A DNA stretch of 64,000 bases, from positions 73,865 to 137,864 of the forward strand of contig JAYRYS010000002.1 in the NCBI GenBank assembly GCA_041916875.1. The letters are read 5' to 3'. This document shows, piece after piece, positions 38,371 to 48,483 of this stretch. Position 1 is the first letter of the stretch, and each line of letters starts with the position of its first letter. A program made the translations under genes and the position numbers. The notes beneath the pieces are model-generated. The model searched no databases. It had not been told where the DNA came from and saw only the letters and a list, made by a program, of their open reading frames with translations. Source of the DNA: Flavobacterium sp. Its GTDB lineage: Bacteria; Bacteroidota; Bacteroidia; Flavobacteriales; Flavobacteriaceae.

Positions 38371-39915
38371 ATGGCAGGAGGAAAATTAACCCCTAGGCAA
38401 AAGATGATTAACCTGATGTATCTGGTTTTCATCGCAATGTTGGCACTTAACATGTCGAAAGAAGTACTTTCAGCTTTCGGCCTGATGAATGAAAAATTCG
38501 AAAGCGTAAATGCTTTCTCTGCAGACTATAACAAAAGCTTATATGAGCAATTGGCGTCTAAAGCAGGTGAAAATGCAGCGCAGTTCGGAGAGCCTTTTAA
38601 TAAAGCTAAGCAAGTAAAGCCGGTAAGTGATGCTTTCTATAAGTATGTTGAAGAACTTAAGAAAGGCATAGCTTCTAAATTTGAAAAAGAAGAAAACGGA
38701 AAGCTACCTTACGAAGCTATGGATAAAGGTGATATGATTGATGAACAATGGTTTGAAGGTGATGGTTACTCTAAAAAGGGTAAAGAGATCATCGCTACTA
38801 TTGAAAAGTATAAGAGCGATCTTAAATCAATCATTGGTAATGATGTTAAATACAAATTTATCATTGATGATATCGAAGCTAAATTTAGCCTTAAAGATAT
38901 TAAAGATGGTGAAGGTGTAAACAAGAAATATCTTGACTACCACTACAAAGGTTTCCCTGCAATCGCTTCTTTGACAAAACTTTCTGCTATGCAGAATGAT
39001 ATCAGGAAAACAGAACAGGATATCTACAATGGCCTTATAGGTAACACGACTGCTAAGGCAGCTTCGATGAAAAACTATAAAGCTATGGTTATCATGGATA
39101 AATCAGCTTTCTTCCAGGGCGAACAAGTTGCCGGTAGGGTAGTACTAGGTCGTTATGACGAGTCAACTGTACCTACAAGTGTTACTGTAGGAGGTGCGAA
39201 TGTATCAATGGAAAGTGGTCAGGCTGTATTCAAATTCAGTGCAGGTTCAGTAGGTGAGCATGATATCAACGGTAAATTCGTTTTCGTTGAGGATGGTAAA
39301 AACGTTGACATTCCAATCGAAGGAAACTATGTTGTGGTACCTAAGCCAAATTCAGCTACTATCTCTGCTGATAAGATGAATGTTGTATATCGTGGTGTTC
39401 CTAACCCGATTTCAGTTTCATTTGCAGGTGTGTCTGCTGATAAAGTTAAAGCATCTGCTCCTGGTATGCGTGGAGGTGCTAAGCCGGGTCAGTATATTCT
39501 TAGTCCAGGTGCAGGATCCGAGGTTGTGATTAATGTTACAGCTACGCTTCCTGATGGTAAGAATGTTTCTGATAAAAAAGCATTCCGTATAAAAGGACTT
39601 CCTGCTCCGACAGGTAAGATCCGTGGAGAAGTTACTGCTAAAGGTTCCAAATCTAACCTTGAAGTATGTACTATCTCTGCTGACATGGAAGATTTTGATT
39701 TCCCTGTAAGTGTTAACGTAACCCAGTTTACCATTAAAGTTCCAGGACAGCCAACAATCGTTGTTCAGGGTAACAAAATGGATTCGAGGGCTAAGTCAGC
39801 AATTGCAAAAGCAGGTAGGGGCGATGTTGTTGTAATCGACAATATCAAAGCTAACTTCACAGGTATTGACCAGGCAGCAAAAAGGGTTTCTCCTTGTACG
39901 TTCGAAGTTCAATAA
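38371..39915 (+). CDS. gldM: gliding motility/T9SS motor protein GldM
   Basis: MAGGKLTPRQKMINLMYLVFIAMLALN, ADKMNVVYRGVPNP. Confidence 0.97.
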   Translation: MAGGKLTPRQKMINLMYLVFIAMLALNMSKEVLSAFGLMNEKFESVNAFSADYNKSLYEQLASKAGENAAQFGEPFNKAKQVKPVSDAFYKYVEELKKGIASKFEKEENGKLPYEAMDKGDMIDEQWFEGDGYSKKGKEIIATIEKYKSDLKSIIGNDVKYKFIIDDIEAKFSLKDIKDGEGVNKKYLDYHYKGFPAIASLTKLSAMQNDIRKTEQDIYNGLIGNTTAKAASMKNYKAMVIMDKSAFFQGEQVAGRVVLGRYDESTVPTSVTVGGANVSMESGQAVFKFSAGSVGEHDINGKFVFVEDGKNVDIPIEGNYVVVPKPNSATISADKMNVVYRGVPNPISVSFAGVSADKVKASAPGMRGGAKPGQYILSPGAGSEVVINVTATLPDGKNVSDKKAFRIKGLPAPTGKIRGEVTAKGSKSNLEVCTISADMEDFDFPVSVNVTQFTIKVPGQPTIVVQGNKMDSRAKSAIAKAGRGDVVVIDNIKANFTGIDQAAKRVSPCTFEVQ

Positions 39916-39952
39916 TAAGACGACGTTTATTAAAACACAAAAAGTATAGATA

Positions 39953-40864
39953 ATGAGTAGGAGGATTTTATCATTAATGGTTTTCTTCAGTCTGGTTTCT
40001 TCAGCGGCATTTGCACAGTCAAACCTGCTGAATGCCAAGTCTCCTGACCAAATCGGTAAAAAGACGGCAGCACAGGATTCGTTGGATAACGATAAGCCAC
40101 TTCCTTACGGATATGTGGGTGACAGGGATATTTTGCTTGGCAGGAAGGTTTGGGAGGTAATTGACCTTAACCAAAGGATCAATTTCCCGATGTATTTCCC
40201 GGTAGAAGACAACCTTGGCCCGGACAGGAAGCCTCTGTATGATGTTTTGACGACAGCTATACGCGAAGGAAAAATAACCGAAGTGTATGATGACAGTTAT
40301 TTTACCACGAAAAAAACACTGAAAGATATTGATGCTTCATTGTCTAAAATCGATACTACAGACGCAGGTATTGAGCAAATGAACATTGACAGGAAAGCAT
40401 ATTTGTCTGGTAAAAAGACAATTTCTCCTGAATATATCAATCGTACTGATATCAAAGCTATTGACGTATCAGGTTATGAAGTGCTTGGCTATTGGTATTT
40501 TGACAAGCGTCAGGGTGAATTGAAGTACAGGATGCTGGGTATAGCCCCTATTGTACCGGATGTTTATACCATGGACAAGGAAGAGAAAGAATACATCCGT
40601 ATCTTCTGGGTATATTTCCCGGCGGCGAGAGATGTGCTTCACAAAGCCAAAGCTTTTAATGAAGAAAACTCTGCCATGGCCATTACATTTGACCACCTTC
40701 TTAACTCAAGACGCTTTAGCGGCAACATCGTTAAAGAAGAGAACGTGTATGGCGATAGGCTTATTGAAGAATACCTGAAAGATAATGCCCAAATGCAGCT
40801 TTTAGAATCGGAGCGTATCAAAGATAAGATCCGTAACTTTGAGCAGGATATGTGGAATTACTAA
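39953..40864 (+). CDS. gldN: gliding motility/T9SS protein GldN
   Basis: SNLLNAK, PLPYGYV, WYFDKRQGELKYR, IRNFEQDMWNY. Confidence 0.95.
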   Translation: MSRRILSLMVFFSLVSSAAFAQSNLLNAKSPDQIGKKTAAQDSLDNDKPLPYGYVGDRDILLGRKVWEVIDLNQRINFPMYFPVEDNLGPDRKPLYDVLTTAIREGKITEVYDDSYFTTKKTLKDIDASLSKIDTTDAGIEQMNIDRKAYLSGKKTISPEYINRTDIKAIDVSGYEVLGYWYFDKRQGELKYRMLGIAPIVPDVYTMDKEEKEYIRIFWVYFPAARDVLHKAKAFNEENSAMAITFDHLLNSRRFSGNIVKEENVYGDRLIEEYLKDNAQMQLLESERIKDKIRNFEQDMWNY

Positions 40865-40883
40865 TCATTATATCTTAAAATAT

Positions 40884-40916
40884 AAAAACTCTTACTGTAA
40901 CAGGTAAGAGTTTTTT
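40884..40916 (+). terminator. gldKLMN terminator
   Basis: AAAAACTCTTAC...GTAAGAGTTTTTT. Confidence 0.85.
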
Positions 40917-40926
40917 ATTTATAACC

Positions 40927-41964
40927 ATGAAAGATTATTTAATTATAGGGTGTGGCCTTGCCGGAATTAGTTTTGCTGAAACGCTTTTCCGTGAAGGTAA
41001 ATCATTTGCCGTTATTGCCGACCAATCCCAAAACTCAACTTTGGTTGCCGGGGGTATTTATAATCCCGTTATTGTAAAACGCCTCAGCATGCCAGCCAAT
41101 GCTTCTGAGCACATGGCCGACATCAAGCCTTTTTATACTGAAATAGAAAACCGCCTGGGTGTAACGTTTGATCATCCTGTGCCGCTGTACAGAAAGTTTG
41201 CATCTGTTGAAGAGCAGAACGACTGGTTTATGGCTGCTGACAAACCGCATCTTTCGGAATTCCTTTCTCCATCTATTGTGCATACCAAGTACCCTTCACT
41301 GCCGTCAGCTTTTGGGTTTGGCGAAGTATTGCATACCGGTTATGTAGATACAGTGACTTTAGTACATAGCTATAAAAATTTCCTGTCTGTAAACGGCTTG
41401 CTGATGGAAGAATCATTCGACTATTCAGAACTGATCATCCATGAAAACCATATTGCTTATAAAGGCATGGAAGCAAAGCACATTGTTTTTGCGGAGGGCT
41501 TTGGCATACACGCTAACCCTTATTTCAGCCAGTTGCCTCTTGCCGGCACGAAAGGTGAATTGCTGCTTGTTAGAGCCCCTGAACTTAAATTAGATGTGGC
41601 CATCAATGCCGGTATTTTCATTCTTCCGGTAGGGAATGATTATTACAAAGTGGGTGCCACCTATGAATGGACTGATAAAACCAACACACCTACTGAGGCA
41701 GCAAGAACTGAGCTTTTGCAAAAGCTGGAGGAAATCATTACCTGCTCTTATGAGGTTATTGAGCATTATGCCGGGATACGCCCTACAACCAAAGACCGAA
41801 AGCCGTTGATTGGGACACATCCAAAATACAAAAATGTACACCTCCTAAACGGGCTGGGTACACGCGGAGTGATGCTTGGCCCACCAATGGCAAGACAGCT
41901 GTTTGATGCTATAGAATTCGGCAAGGAATTGGATAAATCAGTTGATTTGCGCCGGTTTATTTGA
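40927..41964 (+). CDS. FAD-dependent oxidoreductase (DAO family)
   Basis: IIGCGLAG Rossmann motif, KGELL, AGIRPT, NGLGTRG. Confidence 0.88.
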   Translation: MKDYLIIGCGLAGISFAETLFREGKSFAVIADQSQNSTLVAGGIYNPVIVKRLSMPANASEHMADIKPFYTEIENRLGVTFDHPVPLYRKFASVEEQNDWFMAADKPHLSEFLSPSIVHTKYPSLPSAFGFGEVLHTGYVDTVTLVHSYKNFLSVNGLLMEESFDYSELIIHENHIAYKGMEAKHIVFAEGFGIHANPYFSQLPLAGTKGELLLVRAPELKLDVAINAGIFILPVGNDYYKVGATYEWTDKTNTPTEAARTELLQKLEEIITCSYEVIEHYAGIRPTTKDRKPLIGTHPKYKNVHLLNGLGTRGVMLGPPMARQLFDAIEFGKELDKSVDLRRFI

Positions 41965-42346
41965 TGTGCTGTTGCCAGTCCTTATCATAATGGATAAAAA
42001 TGTTTATCCAGATATTCCGAGATACCCGCATGATTACCGGCATAAATATTACAAGAGATGCCACTATGGCTATAAAGGCAGTTTTGAGCCCGGTTTGAAA
42101 GAAAAAATAAGATATGACGAAAGCTGCAACACTAAAGGCAATGCCCACGCCATAGCTCACATACATTGCCCCGAAAAAGAAGGACGGTTCTATTTTGTAT
42201 TTTAAATGACAATGGGAGCACCGCTCATTCATGTCGAAAACTTTGGAAAGATGATAAGAGTTTGAATCAACATACATACTTTCCTGATGGCAGCGGGGGC
42301 AAGTTCCTGTTAAAATACTATATAGTTTGGAACCTTTTTTTAACAT
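41957..42346 (-). CDS. DUF983 family membrane protein
   Basis: CPRC...CSHC, EPSFFFGAMYVSY, two TM helices. Start MLKKG; -7 box TAACTTTG at 42367-42374. Confidence 0.85.
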   Translation of the reverse strand: MLKKGSKLYSILTGTCPRCHQESMYVDSNSYHLSKVFDMNERCSHCHLKYKIEPSFFFGAMYVSYGVGIAFSVAAFVISYFFFQTGLKTAFIAIVASLVIFMPVIMRVSRNIWINIFIHYDKDWQQHIK

Positions 42347-42396
42347 TTGCAAAAATTTTGGAATTCCAAAGTTACGCATAATACTGAAGAAGAGAA

Positions 42397-44310
42397 ATGC
42401 TGAATATACATAATTTATCAGTGTCGTTTGGCGGCACCTATTTGTTTGAAGAAGTAACCTTTCGCCTTGGGGCCGGTGACCGAGTGGGCTTAGTAGGCAA
42501 AAACGGCGCAGGCAAATCGACCATGCTTAAGATATTGTCGGGAGAACTGCAGCCGGACTCAGGGGTTATTGCCTCTGAAAAAGAGATAAAGCTAGGCTTC
42601 CTGAAGCAGGATATTGATTTTGTGAAAGGGCGTACTGTGCTGGACGAAGCTTACCAGGCTTTTGAGGAAATCAAAAAAGCTGAAGGCAAGATTGATGACA
42701 TCAACCACCAGCTGGCTACACGCACCGATTATGAAAGTGAGGAATACTCCAAGCTGATTGAAGACCTGAGCGACTACACGCACCACTACGAAATTTTGGG
42801 TGGCTACAATTATGTGGGCGATACCGAGAAGATATTGCTGGGGCTTGGCTTTAAGCGGGAGGATTTTGATAAGCTGACCGATACTTTTTCCGGAGGTTGG
42901 CGTATGCGTATAGAGTTGGCCAAACTACTGTTGCAATCTAACGATGTGCTGCTGCTGGATGAGCCTACTAACCACCTTGATATTGAGAGTATCATTTGGC
43001 TGGAGCAATTCCTGAGGAACTATCCGGGCGTGGTGGTCATTGTATCGCACGATAAGATGTTCCTGGATAATGTTACCAACCGCACCATTGAAATTTCACT
43101 GGGCAAGGCCTATGATTTCCCGAAACCTTATACCGAATACCTGGTGCTGAGGGACGAGATACGCGAAAAGCAACTGGCTACCCAAAAGAACCAGGCCAAA
43201 GAGATTGAGCGAACCGAAAAGCTGATAGAGAAATTCCGCGCCAAGGCATCCAAAGCTTCGATGGCGCAATCGCTAATAAAGAAACTGGACAAGGTAGAGC
43301 GCATTGAGGTGGATGAAGATGATAATTCGGTAATGAATATATCGTTCCCGGTTTCTATCACACCCGGACGTGTGGTGGTAGAAGCGGAGCACGTTACTAA
43401 AAAATATGGCGACAAAACCATACTGAAAGACATTAACCTACTGGTAGAACGAGGCAGCAAGATTGCTTTTGTAGGCCAGAACGGGCAGGGAAAATCGACC
43501 CTTATAAAAGCCATTACTAAAGATATTGATTATCAGGGTTCGATAAAGCTGGGGCATAATGTACAGTTAGGTTACTTTGCGCAGAATCAGGCCGAATACC
43601 TGAACGGCGAGATAACACTGCTGGAAACCATGGAAAATGCCGCTACCGATAGTAACCGCAGTAAAGTGCGCGATATGCTTGGCGCTTTCCTTTTCCGTGG
43701 GGATGATGTGGAGAAAAAGGTAAAAGTGCTATCAGGAGGGGAGCGGAACCGGCTGGCGCTTTGTAAGCTGCTTTTACAGCCCATAAATGTGCTTGTGATG
43801 GACGAACCTACCAATCACCTCGATATAAAGTCTAAAAACGTTTTAAAAGCTGCCTTGCAGAAGTTTGAGGGCACGCTGCTGCTGGTATCTCACGACAGGG
43901 ATTTCCTCCAAGGCATGAGCAACATTGTATATGAGTTTAAAGACCATAAGATAAGGGAATATCTGGGCGACATCAACTTTTACCTGGAGCAGCGCAACAT
44001 GCAGAACATGCGCGAGGTGGAAAAGCGCGATGTGGTGAAAGAGGTGCCTAAGGAAGCGCCGAAACAGCAGCAATCTTACGAAGACCAAAAGAAAGGCAAG
44101 GCGCTGCAAAACCGCCTGAGCAAGATTGAAAGCCAGATACAGCAGCTGGAGAACGACATTCAGCATGATGATAAGCGCCTGGCTGCCGATTATGAAAAGC
44201 TGATGGCCGATGCACCTTTCTTTACCGCATACGAGAATAAGAAAAAGGAACTGGACAAGCTCCTGGCCGACTGGGAAAGCGTGCAGGAAGAAATTGAGAA
44301 TGCAGGGTAA
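42397..44310 (+). CDS. ABC-F family ATP-binding protein
   Basis: Two ABC cassettes (GKNGAGKST, FSGGWRMR, DEPTNHLD; GQNGQGKST, LSGGE), no TM domain, C-terminal coiled coil. Confidence 0.95.
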   Translation: MLNIHNLSVSFGGTYLFEEVTFRLGAGDRVGLVGKNGAGKSTMLKILSGELQPDSGVIASEKEIKLGFLKQDIDFVKGRTVLDEAYQAFEEIKKAEGKIDDINHQLATRTDYESEEYSKLIEDLSDYTHHYEILGGYNYVGDTEKILLGLGFKREDFDKLTDTFSGGWRMRIELAKLLLQSNDVLLLDEPTNHLDIESIIWLEQFLRNYPGVVVIVSHDKMFLDNVTNRTIEISLGKAYDFPKPYTEYLVLRDEIREKQLATQKNQAKEIERTEKLIEKFRAKASKASMAQSLIKKLDKVERIEVDEDDNSVMNISFPVSITPGRVVVEAEHVTKKYGDKTILKDINLLVERGSKIAFVGQNGQGKSTLIKAITKDIDYQGSIKLGHNVQLGYFAQNQAEYLNGEITLLETMENAATDSNRSKVRDMLGAFLFRGDDVEKKVKVLSGGERNRLALCKLLLQPINVLVMDEPTNHLDIKSKNVLKAALQKFEGTLLLVSHDRDFLQGMSNIVYEFKDHKIREYLGDINFYLEQRNMQNMREVEKRDVVKEVPKEAPKQQQSYEDQKKGKALQNRLSKIESQIQQLENDIQHDDKRLAADYEKLMADAPFFTAYENKKKELDKLLADWESVQEEIENAG

Positions 44311-44312
44311 TA

Positions 44313-44395
44313 TTTAACCACAAGGCACACAAAGAAATCACAAGGGGCACAAAGACAATTACAGCTTTGTGCCCTTAGTGTTCCTTGTGGTTAAA
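44313..44395. repeat. CACAARG-built inverted-repeat element (may act as terminator)
   Basis: TTTAACCACAAGGCACACAAAG...GGGCACAAAG / CTTTGTGCCC...CCTTGTGGTTAAA. Confidence 0.8.
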
Positions 44396-44400
44396 AGGTT

Positions 44401-44440
44401 TGAGATTTTTCACTTCGCAAGCTCCGTTCAAAATGACAAG
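44401..44440 (-). repeat. single REP-like unit of the family at 56281-56490
   Basis: Reverse complement TTGTCATTTTGAACGGAGCTTGCGAAGTGAAAAATCTCA closely matches 56421-56459. Confidence 0.8.
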
Positions 44441-44452
44441 ATGCAAGCGGAT

Positions 44453-44761
44453 TTAATCGGTTTTAATTTCAACCTTTTTTTCCTGCCTTTTTATGGTGAC
44501 GTTGTTTTCGTTATCACCATTTTTAGTTTTGAAGTCCACGCCATCGCTTCCAACACTTAATGACGTGCCGTCTTTTTCTTCAGTGGTCGTTGTGGTTGTC
44601 GTGGTAGTTTGGGTTTGGGTTTGCGGCGCAGGTGCTGCCGGTGGAGCGGGATTTTCTACAGGTGCCGGGGTTGGCATAGGTTCCGGTGCGGCGGGTTCAT
44701 TCTTTTTGCAGGAGGCCAGTGTTATGGCGAGCATACCTGCCAGTACAATCACTTTTTTCAT
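44453..44761 (-). CDS. small Pro/Thr-rich lipoprotein
   Basis: Lipobox LASC, PA-rich and poly-Thr linker, DGTSLSVGSDGVDF. Confidence 0.8.
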   Translation of the reverse strand: MKKVIVLAGMLAITLASCKKNEPAAPEPMPTPAPVENPAPPAAPAPQTQTQTTTTTTTTTEEKDGTSLSVGSDGVDFKTKNGDNENNVTIKRQEKKVEIKTD

Positions 44762-44790
44762 AATGGTTTTTGTTTATGATTATTATTAAA

Positions 44791-45762
44791 TTATTGCGTT
44801 ATACCAATCTTTGTGCTGTGGGCAATTGCCTCGCTGCTTTCCTTAAAATAACAGGTGGCCACGCCCATGCTTTCAATATTTTTTATAGCCTTCAGGGCCT
44901 TTTCTTTTTTGTGCGATGATGTTTGCCTTATATAGACAGCCTTTACTGTAACCGGGAAAATTTTGCATATATCCTCATATAAAAATGGGTCGTGCTGGGA
45001 GTCATCGCCCATAAGCACATATTGCAGGTGCGGATAAAACTCAAGTATGTGCTTTATTTTGTCAAATTTATGATTGTGGTTGCCGCGGCCCGTCACAAAA
45101 AAATCCATGAGGCTGGTTTTTATATCTTTTAATAAAAGTACAGCGCGGGGCAGCTCATGCTTTTCGGTAAACTTTACAATAAAATTGTACAGGTTCCATT
45201 CACTGCTTGATACATAAAAGAAAGCATTTTTCTCATTCTTATTGTTTCGCCCGGCAGTGCTCAGTGCCTGGTAGTGTGGCACCACATCTTCAAATATCTT
45301 GCGCCCGTTGATGTTCTTCCAAAGCAAAATATACAGCTTCTTGAAAAAATTCCGTGTATGCGAAACCAGGAAAGTATCGTCAATATCGCTGATAATACCC
45401 AGGTTACCTTCATATGGCCTTATATAGCTACCTTTTTCAATAACTTCTTCACCCTTGTCACAAAAGCAGCTCACATAATAATCGGTCCACCCGTAGCCCA
45501 GTTCTTCCTTCAAGGGGATACAAAATTTAAAATAGCCGTCATCCAGTGTTTTGGTTCGTATCTTAATGCCGTTGTGCTCCAGATACACATCGGCATTGGC
45601 AATGGTTTTTACGCGAAACATGTTAATGATGGAACGCGCATTCTTAAAGCGTTTCTTCTCGAACTCATAAGTATTGGCGGTGTTGGGCTTAAACAGGTGG
45701 CCGAAAACTATCAGTTCTCCTTCATTGGCATATCCGCGGTATAACTTTATTATTGGCTTCAT
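44791..45762 (-). CDS. App1 family phosphatidate phosphatase-like protein (DUF2183)
   Basis: ISDIDDT, YVSSSEWNLY, LMGDDSQHDP. Confidence 0.88.
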   Translation of the reverse strand: MKPIIKLYRGYANEGELIVFGHLFKPNTANTYEFEKKRFKNARSIINMFRVKTIANADVYLEHNGIKIRTKTLDDGYFKFCIPLKEELGYGWTDYYVSCFCDKGEEVIEKGSYIRPYEGNLGIISDIDDTFLVSHTRNFFKKLYILLWKNINGRKIFEDVVPHYQALSTAGRNNKNEKNAFFYVSSSEWNLYNFIVKFTEKHELPRAVLLLKDIKTSLMDFFVTGRGNHNHKFDKIKHILEFYPHLQYVLMGDDSQHDPFLYEDICKIFPVTVKAVYIRQTSSHKKEKALKAIKNIESMGVATCYFKESSEAIAHSTKIGITQ

Positions 45763-45830
45763 CAAAATTTATAGTTTTGCTAAGAAGTTTCGTACTACAA
45801 TTTACTACTTTTAAATAAAAAAGAATCATA

Positions 45831-46709
45831 ATGAGTTCCCAAAAGAAATTCCTACTGGTTGTAAACCCTATAGCCGGGGGTAATGACAAGTCGGCCATGA
45901 TTGAGGCGGTGCAGGACTTTGCCAAAAAAGAAGCAGTTACCCTGGTTGAGTATGAAACTATCGGCGAAGATGACGAGAAGGCTATTAAAGAACTGTATGA
46001 AGAGCACAAGCCGGAGCGCATATTGGTAGCCGGTGGCGATGGCACCATAAAGATGGCTGCCGAAGCGGTGGAAAACCTGGATGTAATCATTGGGGTGCTG
46101 CCGGCAGGTTCAGCCAATGGTTTGTCGGTTGACCTTGATCTTCCCAGGGATATAGAAGAAACCATAAAGATAGCTTTCCGTAACCATTATATGGAGATGG
46201 ACATGGTGTGCATCAATGGTAAAAAAAGCCTGCACCTTAGCGATATTGGCGTGAATGCCGAGCTGATACGCAATTATGAGGGCAGCAGCATACGCGGCAA
46301 GCTGGGCTATGCCATACAGGCGTTTAATACGCTTACCGAGCTGGCACCGCCTTTTCATGCTACTATAAAGGCCAACGGGCAAACCATAGAGACAGAAGCG
46401 CGTATGGTGGTACTGGCCAACACGCAGCGCTACGGCACCGGCGTTACCATAAACCCAATAGGCATTATGGATGACGGCAAGTTTGAGGTGGTGATACTGA
46501 AAAATATGGACCTGCTGGTTATCGGCAAGATACTATCGGGCAATATACCGGTGGACAGCAACGAGGATGTAGAGATCATATCTACCCAAGAGGCGCTAAT
46601 TACTACCAATGTACCGGTGTGTTTCCAGATTGACGGTGAATATTGCGGCGAAGAATCAAAGCTGGAGGTAAGGATACTGCACCGCCAGATGAAGGTGGCA
46701 ATACCTTAA
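45831..46709 (+). CDS. diacylglycerol/lipid kinase (YegS/DgkB family)
   Basis: VNPIAG, AGGDGT, PAGSANGL, QIDGE. Confidence 0.92.
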   Translation: MSSQKKFLLVVNPIAGGNDKSAMIEAVQDFAKKEAVTLVEYETIGEDDEKAIKELYEEHKPERILVAGGDGTIKMAAEAVENLDVIIGVLPAGSANGLSVDLDLPRDIEETIKIAFRNHYMEMDMVCINGKKSLHLSDIGVNAELIRNYEGSSIRGKLGYAIQAFNTLTELAPPFHATIKANGQTIETEARMVVLANTQRYGTGVTINPIGIMDDGKFEVVILKNMDLLVIGKILSGNIPVDSNEDVEIISTQEALITTNVPVCFQIDGEYCGEESKLEVRILHRQMKVAIP

Positions 46710-47849
46710 TTATTTATAAGGGCTGCGCTCTTTCCATTCAATTTTCGGGTCAAAGTACTGGAACAGTCTTCCCATGAAAAGGTTGAGCAGCGGGTTGGTG
46801 TGCTTAATGATGCCATACACCTCTTCGGCTTTAGCGCCAACCGAGCTTTTTATCTCCATGGCTGAGCGGGCAAATATAACATGCCTGAAGCCTTTTTTTA
46901 TGGCATAGGCCACCATATCATACAGCATGTTAAGGTACAGCATTTTTTCTTTTTGTACAGAATCGTCATAGCCCAGGAAGTAGGTGTCCATATCGGCGCC
47001 GTTCTTTATCAGCGTGCTGAAGCCTACCAGTTTTCCATCAAGGAAATAGCCGTAAAATAAAAAGTCGTCCTGCAACTCTTCCTTAAATACCTCAAAATGG
47101 TCTTCGGGCAGGTGAAATGTGTTGAACGATGCATTTTGTGCCACGGTAATGTACAATTCATGTATGCGGGCTCTGTTAGCCCTGATTTCGTCCAGCTGCA
47201 ATTTGCGCTTTTCTATGCCTTCGGCTTTCTTTCGGGCGCGGTTGTACTGGGTGCGGTACTTGGTGTTGAGCGCGGCCAGGTAATCATCAATCCCTGCCCA
47301 GTTTTCATTAATGCTGAAAATCATGTTGGGCTGTGTGCAGAACTGGAAATAACCTTCAAAACCGGCGGCTTTAAAGTTGGGTAATTCTTCCGAATTAAAA
47401 TCCTTCATTGCCAGCAGGTTGATGTAAATGCACTTTTTGCGGTACTGCTTTTTCAGCTCTTCCAGCGCCTGCCTGAAAAGGGATAGGGCATCAGTTTCGC
47501 TAATACTACCATCAAGCAAATAAGCATTTTGCCCTGTAAGCGTGTTGTTGCCTATGACGATGATGTGCGATGAAAATTTCTTGAAGAGGTAATCCTTCAG
47601 GCAGAACTTTTGTTCTTCCAGCACAAAGGTGTTCACGCGGCTCAGGTTGATGTACTGCGCCAAGGCAATGCCGCAAAGCCTTTCACCTTCAAATAACCCG
47701 ATGAAATGGCATTGCATATTGGGAGGTGCCGCTTTTTGTAGAACAGCCAGGTATTGCGGAGACAGGAAAACATTGGGTGCCGATAGCCTGTCCCAACCAT
47801 TAGGGAGTGTTTCGGCACAGGTAAAAATTTTGTAGGATAGTGCGGGCAT
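46710..47849 (-). CDS. GNAT/FemAB-like acyltransferase-fold protein
   Basis: YLAALNTKYR, YFLGYD, LYLNMLYD, EIKSSVGA. Start MPALSY. Confidence 0.7.
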   Translation of the reverse strand: MPALSYKIFTCAETLPNGWDRLSAPNVFLSPQYLAVLQKAAPPNMQCHFIGLFEGERLCGIALAQYINLSRVNTFVLEEQKFCLKDYLFKKFSSHIIVIGNNTLTGQNAYLLDGSISETDALSLFRQALEELKKQYRKKCIYINLLAMKDFNSEELPNFKAAGFEGYFQFCTQPNMIFSINENWAGIDDYLAALNTKYRTQYNRARKKAEGIEKRKLQLDEIRANRARIHELYITVAQNASFNTFHLPEDHFEVFKEELQDDFLFYGYFLDGKLVGFSTLIKNGADMDTYFLGYDDSVQKEKMLYLNMLYDMVAYAIKKGFRHVIFARSAMEIKSSVGAKAEEVYGIIKHTNPLLNLFMGRLFQYFDPKIEWKERSPYK

Positions 47850-47858
47850 TGTGTATGC

Positions 47859-47891
47859 AAACCTCAAAGGTTTTTAAAACCTTTGAGGTTT
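47859..47891. repeat. 33-bp palindrome (REP-like)
   Basis: AAACCTCAAAGGTTTT-T-AAAACCTTTGAGGTTT with perfect 16-bp arms. Confidence 0.85.
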
Positions 47892-47915
47892 ATTCAGTTT
47901 AAGGAGTATATTTTT

Positions 47916-48401
47916 TTAAGCCCACTGGCAGATGATGCCGCCCATAATGGCTAGTGATACTATAAAGTACCCGGCATTGATAAGTACATACTTGGCGCTT
48001 TTCCTTTCAAACAGGGCGTTGATGGCCATGGTAGGCAAAACGATAAAAATACCCAGCATAGTGCCATGCAGGGCACCGTGCTTAAATGTCCTGAAATGAT
48101 CGGCATAATCAGCAATAAAAGCGTGGTATGAAGGCAGCGCTTTGGTTACATCTCCACCGGTAAGCTGCAAAGCACCAACCTGGTGGATTACGATTTGCGG
48201 CAGCGCAAAAGCCAGCATGATTGAAAACACGATGGCCAGGCCAAACACTTTTGCCATGTTAGCGCCTTTTGCCTTTTCTTCGGTCATGCCCGATTCGCGC
48301 ATCCAGATGGTGCCGAATACTTTAGGGTTGTACCAAATAAACCCGATTGGCAGGGTTACAAGTCCCGATGCCAGGATTACAATCCAGTTAAATTTGTCCA
48401 T
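47916..48401 (-). CDS. DUF1761 family membrane protein
   Basis: GFIWYNPKVFGTIW, FRTFKHGALHG, LFERKS...INAGY; -7 box TACATTTG at 48430-48437. Confidence 0.88.
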   Translation of the reverse strand: MDKFNWIVILASGLVTLPIGFIWYNPKVFGTIWMRESGMTEEKAKGANMAKVFGLAIVFSIMLAFALPQIVIHQVGALQLTGGDVTKALPSYHAFIADYADHFRTFKHGALHGTMLGIFIVLPTMAINALFERKSAKYVLINAGYFIVSLAIMGGIICQWA

Positions 48402-48483
48402 AATTGTTTGTTTTGTGGTTATGTTACAACAAATGTATATTTTTTTACAATACGACGACTTGGATGCCGAATTGTAACTTTAC

